A DNA stretch of 64,000 bases from an uncultured Acidobacteriota bacterium (GTDB lineage Bacteria > Acidobacteriota > Thermoanaerobaculia > Multivoradales > UBA5704), in assembly GCA_963770895.1 (NCBI GenBank), contig CAVYRF010000001.1, positions 1,984,001-2,048,000 on the forward strand. Direction: 5' to 3'. A program made the translations under genes and the position numbers. Shown piece by piece: positions 35,601 through 40,779 of this stretch. The first letter of the stretch is position 1, and every line of letters starts with the position of its first letter. Below the pieces are notes generated by a model. That model was not told the DNA's origin, ran no database searches, and saw nothing but the letters and a program-made list of their open reading frames with translations.

Positions 35601-38600
35601 CGACCTGTTCGACGCGCCGACCGCGGCCCGCCTGCTGGGTCACCTGCGCGAGCTGCTGGCCGGGCTCGCCGCGCAACCCGGCCGGCGCGTCGCGGAGCTG
35701 CCGCTGCTGGGCGCCGCCGAGCGCCATCAGGTGCTGTGCGAATGGAACGCCTCGACCTGGCAGACCGGCGGCGGCGACCCGACGCTGTTGCAGCTGGTGC
35801 ATGCGCCGTTCGAGCGTCAGGCGGCGCGGGAGCCGGCGGCCGAAGCGGTGGTGGACGGCGACAGGACGGTTTCCTACGGCGAGCTGGCGGCGCTGGCGCG
35901 GCGCGCGGCGGCGCGCCTGCGCGCCGCGGGAGTGGGGCCGGACCGGCCGGTGGCGCTGTGCGCCTGGCCCTCGATCGAGCTGGTGGCGGCGCTCTTCGGC
36001 ATCCTGCGGGCGGGCGGCGCCTACCTGCCGCTCGACCCGGCCCACCCGCGCGAGCGGCTGGCGCAGGTGCTCGCCGACTCGGGAGCGGCGGTGGTGGTGG
36101 CGGAACCGGCCACCATCGACCGCCTGCCGCCGGCGGTGCGGCCCATGCTGCTGGCGCAGCTCGTCGCCGATCCCGACCCGGCGGACGGCTCGGCACCGGC
36201 GCCGGCACCGGGCTCACCTCCGGCGCCGGCGTTGCCGGCGGCGCTGGAGGACGTCCAGCCGGACCATGCCGCCTACGTGCTCTACACCTCGGGCTCGACC
36301 GGCATGCCCAAGGGCGTCGTCGTGTCCCACCGCGCGGTGTGCAACCGCCTGCGCTTCCAGGTGGAGGCGGACCTGGCGCCGGGCGCCCGCGTGCTGCAGC
36401 GGACGCGCCTGGGCTTCGACGTGTCGGTGATCGAGCTGTTCGCGCCGCTGTGGGCCGGAGCGGTGCTGGTGGTGGCGCCGCCGGCGCAGGCGCAGGACGC
36501 CGCCAGCCTGGCGCGCCTGGTCGTGGCGCAGCGCATCACCAACCTGACGGCGCCGCCGGGGCTCTTTCCGGCGCTCCTGGCGGAACCGGCGTTCTGCCGC
36601 TCCGGCTCGTTGCGCCGCCTGGTGACGGGCGGCGACAGGGTGCCTGCCGACCTGGCGCGGCGCCTTGCCGACGCCTTCGACGCGGCGCCGGTGCCGCCGC
36701 AGCTGTGGTCGCGCTACGGCCCGACCGAAGCCACCGTCTCGGTGAGCGAATGGGACTGCCGCCTGCCGGCCTCCGGCCCCACGGTGCCGCTCGGCCGGCC
36801 GCTCGCCGGCGCCCGCCTGTACGTGGTGGACCGCGCCCTCCAGCCGGTGCCGCCGGGAGTGCCGGGCGAGCTGTGCATCGCCGGCGTCTGCCTGGCGCGC
36901 GGCTATCACGGCCGCCCGGACCTCACCGCGGCGGCGTTCGTGCCCGACCCGCACGGCGCCGGCCCGAGGGCAGGCGGCAGGCTCTATCGCACCGGCGACC
37001 TGGTGCGCCGGCGCTCCGACGGGGTGGTGGAGTTCCTGGGCCGCCTCGACTGGCAGGTCAAGGTGCGCGGCTTCCGCATCGAAACCGGAGAGATCGAAAG
37101 CGTGCTCGCCGGCCATCCGGCGGTGCGCCAGGTGGTCGTGGTCGCCGTGGCGGAGGGCGGCGCCGCCGCCGACGCGGACGGGGCGCAGCAGCAGCTGGTC
37201 GCCTACGTCGTGCCTCGCGCTCAGGATGCCGGCGCTGGGGGGGAGCGCACGTTGCCATCCGCCGTCGCCGCCGTCACCGCCGTCACCGCGGACGAGCACG
37301 TCGCCGCCTGGAACGCGCTCTACGAAGAGGTGCATCCGCACCAGGAGACGGGCGATCCCGCGCTCGACTTCGCGGGCTGGAACAGCAGCTACGACGGCGC
37401 CCCCATCCCGGTCGCGGAGATGCGGGAGTGGGCCGACGCCGCGGCCCGGCTGGTGCTGTCGCTGGCGCCGCGGCGGCCCAGGGTGGTGGAGGTGGGCTGC
37501 GGCGCCGGCCTGCTGCTGCTGCGCGTGGCGCCGCACTGCGCCAGCTACCAGGGGGTCGACTTCTCGCGCTCGACGCTCGCCGTCCTGGCGGGCCGCCTGG
37601 CGCGGCCGGGCCACGAGCTGCCGCAGGTGACCCTGACCCACGCGCCGGCCGACCGCTGGCAGCCGCACGCGGAGGCGGGCGGCGGCGCTCGCCATGCGGA
37701 CCTGGTGATCCTCAACTCGGTCGTGCAGTACTTCCCGAGCGTCGACTACCTGCTCCAGGTGCTCCGCCATGCCGCCGCCGTCGTCGTGCCGGGCGGCAGG
37801 ATCTTCCTGGGCGACGTGCGCAGCCTCGACCTGGCCGAAGCGCTCTACACCTCGATCGAGCTCGCCGCGGCGCCCGACGACCTGGCGGTGGAGGAGCTGC
37901 GCCGGCGCGTTCTGGCGCGGCGCGACGACGACGAGGAGCTGCTGCTGGCGCCGCGCTTCTGGCACGCCCTGCGCCGCCACCTGCCGGCCGTGTCGCACGT
38001 CGATCTGCGGGTCAAGCGGGGGCGCGCGATCAACGAGCTGAGCGGCTACCGCTACGATGTGGTGCTGACGCTGGGGGGCCAGGTCGCCGCTGCTGGGCTG
38101 CCCCCCGAGCTCCTGGTGTTCGATGCCACCGCCGCGGCGTTCAACCTGGAGGTGGTCGGCGAACGCCTGGCCGCCGCCGCAGGTGCGCCCGCGGCCGACG
38201 CCGCGACGGCCGTGGTCGAGATCCAGGGCCTCCTCGACCGGCGCCTGGCGGCCGAGGCCGCGGCCATCGCCCTGCTGGCCCAGCCCGAGTCGGAACCGTG
38301 GACCGTGGGCGAGCTGCGCCGGGCGCTCGCGGCGCGGCTGGCGCGCGAACCGGGCGTGTCCGGCGAAGACGTCTGGCAGCTGGGCGCCAGCCTGGGCTAC
38401 CAGGTCGAGCTGCTGGCGGGCGGCGCCGACAGCGCGGGAGGCTTCCGCTTCACGGCGCGGCTGCGGCGTCCGGGTCAGGCCGCTGCCGCGGCGGCGCCGC
38501 CCGCCATCGCGGCGAGCGCCGCCATCGCCGCGAGCGGCACCAGCGCCGCCAGCGGTGTGAGCGGCGCCACCGCCGCGGTGGAGCAGGAGCCGGGCGCCCT

Positions 38601-39954
38601 GGCCGCCCTGGCCAGCAATCCGCTGCGCGGCAGGCTCAACCGCGAGCTGGCGGCCGAGCTGCGGCGCCGCGTTGCGGCGCAGCTGCCGGACTACATGGTG
38701 CCCGCCGCCTTCGTGATGTTGGAGCGGCTGCCGATGACGGCGCACGGCAAGCTCGATCGCGCCGCCCTGCCGGCCCCCAAAGCGACGCGCCAGGCGGTGT
38801 CGCAGCGCTACAGCGAGCCGCGCACGCCGCTCGAAAAGAGCCTGGCGGAGCTGTGGGGGGAGCTGCTGGGACGCGAACGGATCGGTCGGGAGGACAGCTT
38901 CTTCGAGCTCGGCGGCCACTCGCTGCTGGCCGTCCGCCTGATGGCACGGCTGCGCCAGCGCTTCGGCCGCGAGCTGCCGGTCGCGGCCCTCTTCCGCGCC
39001 GATACGGTCGAGCGCCTGGCGGCGCTGCTGTCCAGCGGGCGCGGCGCCGCCGTCACCAGGGCGCTGGTCGAGCTGACGCCGCCGCCCGCGGCCGGCCCCG
39101 CCGGCCCCGGCAGCGCCGGCCGGGTGCCGCCGCGGCCCTTGTTTTGCGTCCACCCGGCCGGTGGCAACGTCCTGTGCTACACCGCGCTGGCGCGCGCGCT
39201 CGGATCGCGCCAGCCGCTCTACGGTTTGCAGCTGCCGGACGCCGAAACGCTCGGGCCCGACCCCACGATCGAGGCCCTGGCAGCGCGCTACGTGACGGAG
39301 CTGACCGCGGTCGCTCCCGCCGGCCCCTACGCCCTGGGCGGCTGGTCGCTCGGCGGGGTGATCGCCTACGAGATGGCGCGGCAGCTGCGCGCGGCCGGCG
39401 CCCAGGTGGATCTGCTCGCCCTCATCGACCCGTCGCCCGTGCGGCGCAACGGCGCCGCCCCCGCCCAGGCCGAGGATTCGCGCCTGCTGGCCGACTTCGG
39501 CTACGACCTGGTGGCGCTCGCCGGCAACGGCAGCGCGGTGCCGGCCGCAACCCTGCAGCGGCTCGACCGCGAGCTGACGCTGCCGCGGCTGGTGGCGGCC
39601 GCCCACGCCGCCGGTCTCCTGCCGCCCGAGCTGGAGGTGCCTGAAGTGGAGCGTCTGTTCGCTCTCTATCGCACCACCCGTCGGGCGCTGGACCGCTACC
39701 GGCCGCGGCCCACCGCCGGTCCGCTGACCCTGCTGCTGGCCGGCCACCCACTGCCGGCGCCGCCGCTGCCGGCCGGCCTGGCACGCCGCAACGGCAGCAC
39801 GTCGCCCCCCGTGCCGTTCTGGGCAGCCGTCGGCGGCGCCGGCACCGAGATCGAATCCCTGCCCGGCGACCACTATTCGATCGTGCGGCCGCCTGCCGTC
39901 GCCATCCTCGCCCGCAAGCTCCGGCGACGCCTTGCTGCCATATCGCTAACTTAG
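23671..39954 (+). CDS. Four-module NRPS: T-C-A-T-C-A-T-C-A-T-C-A(MT)-T-TE
   Basis: GLDSL carrier at N-terminus; C motifs HHLVADF, HHIVADG, HHIVGDG, HHIVSDG; four YTSGSTG.PKG A domains; four GGHSL T domains; MT VVEVGCGAG; TE GWSLG; start 23671 preferred over 23551. Confidence 0.97.
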   Translation: MRPICAPNAALRDAELPAGVLAAWLRGAAARALGIQPADVPLDRSLVGLGLDSLAAAELAAAIEADLAVPVSIADLLEGPSVTELAERIAVLQAADSPGSEAASSGEPGQEPKPEPSGALAQGGDAAPDRQPLRHALTQGQQALLALDRRSAGGAAYIISAAALIEGDLSVARLRAALAALMARHPALRATFHESAGETEQVVRDQAAFEWVEEAAEGWSDAQLRAWMAEQAHRPFDLEAGPVLRVALLGCGARRHRLVFAVHHLVADFGSLGILLADLRAHYGGAALPPPAPGASYAQVARREAAWVAGPEGQVQAAFWRGQFAGGVRALDLPADRPRPPLPSFRGGARGLRFDAEVSRSLAAVGREVGATPFMTLLAVYVALLHRLSGTEDFWVGTPAAGRRDADLDGVVGYFVNPVAVHARIGARPRFEELLRRQRAAALAAFAHQRLPFALAAAEVAGGHDPSRSPVFQTMFVLYRERAGDRGLAALAMGEGDTPLDLGGGVVVLRPAPLERRAAQLDLTLQMAEIDGCYAASLVYSDDLFDAATAARMLGQLRSLAEAVAAPGGRTVRVAELPLLSAAESHQLMVEWQGQAGAEPAGDGLCLHQLFERRAALTPAAVALVCEGAELTYGQLSRSANRLARHLRRFGVGPEVRVALCLERGIDLVVALLAVLKAGGAYVPLDPGYPRERLRFVAADALADVEHPVLITRRQLAGLFAPAAPAPDAAAPGAAAPGAAALDAAAFDAAARRPFRLLLVDGDRQAIAAESAQDLAAGAAPAALAYVIYTSGSTGRPKGVMVSHANVTRLLRQTERWYGFGARDVWPLCHSAAFDVSVWEIWGALLYGGRLVIVPYWASRAPNALHRLLVEQRVTVLNQTPSAFRQLIEADAAADAAARRDLALRWVIFAGEAIDLASLRPWVERHGEAAPRLANMYGITETTVHSTWRALTAADLDDPGRSPIGVGIADLSLYLLDAAAQPVPLGVPGEIHVGGAGVARGYLARPDLTAARFVPDAWAGAPGGGRLYRSGDLARWRPGGDLEYLGRMDHQVKIRGFRVELGEIEAALAVQPGVRAAAVTLWSPRSAGPAASGVSGGAVAAGEDARLVAYVVMGEERATQADGGSAARTATAVLPPTPAGQLRQALASRLPEHMVPASFVFLEAFPVTPSGKLDRRALPPPASDGRMDAAGWVAPRTAAEELVADLFAAVLAVGRVGAQDSFFALGGHSLLATRLVTRVRAVFGVDLVLRQVFEHPTVAELARLLTGMARLDHPRAPPLLPAARSESAPGAPAVAGPIPLSYAQERLWFLDRLVPRGAVYNLPGALRLRGPLDVPALAASLRAIVRRHQVLRTVYPAAAGNAPRQQVLADFTLPIPLVDLAGLGLGGADDGSDAHGMGDAIGAAGASGGTGDGVPAAHRVRQAAAWQVAVSLAREPFDLACGPLVRVHLLRLGAAHHLLILTLHHIVADGWSVGIFLRELAALYAACVAPARPALPALAPLPIAYADFARWQRAWMEGERLAAELAHWRRVLAGAPPRTELPADRPRPPAPSYRGGRTHVLLPPAALRDLRGVARQQGATLFMALLAAFDALIARHGGREDLVVGTPVANRERIETEGLIGCFVNSLPLRVSLAGRPHAGELVARVRQASLDAFAHQDLPFEKLVESLSPERDLTAPPVFQLMLVVQNAGDPHDPHGGDGGLRLELCAIDTATAKFDLLVEAVEAADGLRLGFEFSRDLFDAVTVKRFAAHFVTLAAALGGEPPLPIGELPLLTAGERQQLREWNDTAAAPPRHLCLHQLIEQQARRTPAAVAVVDGEGGSLTYAALDAAANRLARRLRHLGAGAETVVAVCAERSVALVVGLLAILKAGAAYLPLDPDYPAERLRFMRQDAGAPLLLTERRVAARLGEPLPPPAAASASASAGTVWLDDLDSDSEPWAPGKDQAGRPDGGLGATAAADNLAYVIYTSGSTGRPKGTMNSHRGIVNRLLWMQQRYRLAADDRVLQKTPLSFDVSVWELFWPLLAGARLVMARPGGHRDPAYLLAAIADQAITTVHFVPAMLAAFLAAASDAVATPAGRRPDLSSLRRVLASGEALPYELQQEHAARIAAPLHNLYGPTEAAVDVTSWQTDPAGARRLVPIGRPVANTSIHLLDRDGRQVPVGAAGELHIGGVQVGRGYLGRPDLTAERFVPAAVPAVAGDPHGARLYRTGDLARHLADGAIDYLGRLDGQVKIRGLRVELGEIEAALAAHPAVRAAAVALRPLAAAAGAPVALVGYLVAAASPAAADRSAAAPAPAAAQAVAAPAEAAALRQFLAARLPRHMLPAALVWLPQLPLSPSGKVDRGALPPPHLAGGRDAAAAAARLPESPSEQLVAACFGELLGVEPIGLDDDFFARGGHSLLATRLVSRLRQLLGVEVPLREVFEGPTVAALAHRIDRLLAGGDAAAAAPPIRPAPRDLPLPLSFAQQRLWFLDQLQPGSPLYNLPLALGLDGELAIAGLRAALAALVARQEALRTVFAVPAGGGDPFQRILPAAPQPLPLVDLTGLPAARREPLARELAAATALLPFDLARGPLARARLVRLAEQRHVLLLALHHIVGDGWSLALIVDEIAAHYTAAVAAVAAVAGVADVARPLPALPVQYGDFAVWQRRWLQGDVLQHQLDYWRRHLAGAPAQLDLPLDRPRPPVQSGRGGTRRAAFDARLTEALRCRSRAGGGTLFMTLLAAFQLLLARHAGQDDVVVGTPIANRTRGEIEGVVGMFVNTLALRTRIAPEAGFGHLLASVREVTLGAFARQDLPFERLVEELRPERARSHSPLFQVMFALQAPTAAPPPAAGVALSLFAEPGTGSKFDLTLSLREVEAGLTGCLEHRRDLFDPATAERLLAAFGSLLTAVAHDAGKPLFDLPLLADAQRHQLVAEWGAGAVTPPPAAASLHHRFTDQARRTPQAVAVVHGGEHLTFGELDRSADRLARELRRLGVGAGAIAGICAQRSPAMIVALLAVLKAGGAYLPLDPGYPPERLAFMAADAGIAVLLHDAAAAPGGRLGGLAPGAARFDLAGLPELRQLQDLRGLPQPDAPAPADDDGGGAASAAYVIYTSGSTGTPKGVVVSHGAICNHMAWTLRILAPDARDAVLQRTTASFDASVWEIFLPLWSGARLVLLDAAAQGDADRMLQAIAVHGVTILQTVPSLLALLCDRPRLQEHCRSLRRVICGGETLTTDIASRFERQLGAPHGPRLLNFYGPTEAAVDASWWPCQPGDASERGMPIGRPIDNLDVAVLDATGRMAPIGAIGELHLGGAGLARGYLARPELTAARFVPDPRQRRAGGRLYRTGDLARFRAGGQLEYCGRTDHQVKVRGFRIETGEIEAALLALPGVEQAAVAVVAAATGDRRLVAYVAAPPDAAPPDPAALRAELRRRLPEFMVPAAWVTLPRLPRTAQGKLDRQALARIAPRPGAVLSGSPASGEPLEPWAPGGALPRSPGEELIAGVWQEVLSLGDARPGPGDNFFELGGHSLLATQVVSRLAAMLHVDLPVATVFESPTLAAFAAAVETARGARPRPAIPRAPRRAPLPLSYAQERLWFLDRLQPGQATYNMPVAFAARGHLAPAILDAALGEVLRRHEALRTRFVELGDRPMQHFDPPRPPRLPLVDLAALPGGRRAAEGLRIARAEAGRPFDLAAGPLLRGLLVRRGGPAEPAAAEHVVLLNVHHIVSDGWSMGVLVAEIGALYRAAIAGAPSPLPELPVQYADFAVWQRGWLDEAELGRQLAWWRQRLTGAPAAVELPTDRPRPMAQSGRGGLARLHLGAAATAALAAAGRRRGVTLFMALFAGCAALLARLGRQEDLVVGTPIANRHHLETERMIGFFVNSLALRCNLGGDPTTAELFGRVRETALAAYAHQDLPFERLVAELRPERLLSQNPIFQVMCALQNAPLGALDLPGLDLAPLALSAPTAKFDLALSWSEQPDAGGALACELRYAADLFDAPTAARLLGHLRELLAGLAAQPGRRVAELPLLGAAERHQVLCEWNASTWQTGGGDPTLLQLVHAPFERQAAREPAAEAVVDGDRTVSYGELAALARRAAARLRAAGVGPDRPVALCAWPSIELVAALFGILRAGGAYLPLDPAHPRERLAQVLADSGAAVVVAEPATIDRLPPAVRPMLLAQLVADPDPADGSAPAPAPGSPPAPALPAALEDVQPDHAAYVLYTSGSTGMPKGVVVSHRAVCNRLRFQVEADLAPGARVLQRTRLGFDVSVIELFAPLWAGAVLVVAPPAQAQDAASLARLVVAQRITNLTAPPGLFPALLAEPAFCRSGSLRRLVTGGDRVPADLARRLADAFDAAPVPPQLWSRYGPTEATVSVSEWDCRLPASGPTVPLGRPLAGARLYVVDRALQPVPPGVPGELCIAGVCLARGYHGRPDLTAAAFVPDPHGAGPRAGGRLYRTGDLVRRRSDGVVEFLGRLDWQVKVRGFRIETGEIESVLAGHPAVRQVVVVAVAEGGAAADADGAQQQLVAYVVPRAQDAGAGGERTLPSAVAAVTAVTADEHVAAWNALYEEVHPHQETGDPALDFAGWNSSYDGAPIPVAEMREWADAAARLVLSLAPRRPRVVEVGCGAGLLLLRVAPHCASYQGVDFSRSTLAVLAGRLARPGHELPQVTLTHAPADRWQPHAEAGGGARHADLVILNSVVQYFPSVDYLLQVLRHAAAVVVPGGRIFLGDVRSLDLAEALYTSIELAAAPDDLAVEELRRRVLARRDDDEELLLAPRFWHALRRHLPAVSHVDLRVKRGRAINELSGYRYDVVLTLGGQVAAAGLPPELLVFDATAAAFNLEVVGERLAAAAGAPAADAATAVVEIQGLLDRRLAAEAAAIALLAQPESEPWTVGELRRALAARLAREPGVSGEDVWQLGASLGYQVELLAGGADSAGGFRFTARLRRPGQAAAAAAPPAIAASAAIAASGTSAASGVSGATAAVEQEPGALAALASNPLRGRLNRELAAELRRRVAAQLPDYMVPAAFVMLERLPMTAHGKLDRAALPAPKATRQAVSQRYSEPRTPLEKSLAELWGELLGRERIGREDSFFELGGHSLLAVRLMARLRQRFGRELPVAALFRADTVERLAALLSSGRGAAVTRALVELTPPPAAGPAGPGSAGRVPPRPLFCVHPAGGNVLCYTALARALGSRQPLYGLQLPDAETLGPDPTIEALAARYVTELTAVAPAGPYALGGWSLGGVIAYEMARQLRAAGAQVDLLALIDPSPVRRNGAAPAQAEDSRLLADFGYDLVALAGNGSAVPAATLQRLDRELTLPRLVAAAHAAGLLPPELEVPEVERLFALYRTTRRALDRYRPRPTAGPLTLLLAGHPLPAPPLPAGLARRNGSTSPPVPFWAAVGGAGTEIESLPGDHYSIVRPPAVAILARKLRRRLAAISLT

Positions 39955-39964
39955 TTATTTGCTA

Positions 39965-39993
39965 TTGACACGATTGTTCGCAATCTCTACGAT
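39965..39993 (+). promoter_or_regulatory. sigma70 promoter with palindromic operator in the spacer
   Basis: TTGACA-N17-TACGAT; GATTG-ttcg-CAATC at 39972-39985. Confidence 0.75.
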
Positions 39994-40026
39994 ATCGGCG
40001 TGAGCGCTGATACCAGTGGAGGTGCT

Positions 40027-40779
40027 ATGAGCCCAAGCAGAGCACATGCAGGCATTCTTGCCGTACTCCTTGTCCTCACCCTGCCGGCCCTTCTGGCCGC
40101 GCAGACCATCCCCGCGGGAACCGATCTCTGGGCGACGCCGCGTGACGGCAATACCTCGTTCACGTTCCCCGCCGGCGACGTGGAGAGCTTGTGCGGCATG
40201 CCGCCCATCTCAAGCTGGAACCACACGGTCGCCCTGGGCGGCCCGGCCAACTCCGGCCCGGGGGGCGACACCGCGGTGGCGCGGCTCGACAACGCCACCT
40301 TCTCGGGCGGCAAGGCCACCACGCGTGTCCAGCTCGCCGCCCTGAACATGACCAACCTGGCGCCCCAGAACACGCCCTGCGGCCCCCTCAACTGGACGGT
40401 GGGGCTCTTCGGCAGTCAACCCATGACCATGATGACGATCACCCTGGGCAGCGGCTCCAGCGGCACCACGGGCAGCTCCACCGGCGGCACCTTCGCCGCC
40501 AACCTGCAGCTGAGCGCCAGGCTGGACGCCACCAACGCCGCTACCGGCTCGCCGGTCGGCAGCCTGTTCTACACGGTGACCCTGCCGGACCCGGGCGGCA
40601 CCGCCTGGTCGCTCAGCTCGACGGGCCAGTTCCGGGCCGGCATGGATTCCAGCAACAACTGCCTTGAAACGCTGCGCGGCGAACAGAACACGACCGGCGG
40701 ATCGGGTGAGCACGCCTACTGCATCGCCGATGCGATCTCGCAGGGCAACTGCAACCTGCCCTGCCTGACGCAGAATTGA
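40027..40779 (+). CDS. Secreted Thr/Gly-rich beta-type hypothetical protein
   Basis: RBS GGAGG; signal peptide ..LTLPALLAA-Q; TTGA overlap with the MMPL gene. Confidence 0.8.
   Translation: MSPSRAHAGILAVLLVLTLPALLAAQTIPAGTDLWATPRDGNTSFTFPAGDVESLCGMPPISSWNHTVALGGPANSGPGGDTAVARLDNATFSGGKATTRVQLAALNMTNLAPQNTPCGPLNWTVGLFGSQPMTMMTITLGSGSSGTTGSSTGGTFAANLQLSARLDATNAATGSPVGSLFYTVTLPDPGGTAWSLSSTGQFRAGMDSSNNCLETLRGEQNTTGGSGEHAYCIADAISQGNCNLPCLTQN

Noticed and set aside
23980-39873. Very long antisense/alternate-frame ORFs over the NRPS (4021, 1856 and 1219 aa)
   Set aside because: Shadow ORFs from high GC3 codon bias; no recognisable domains
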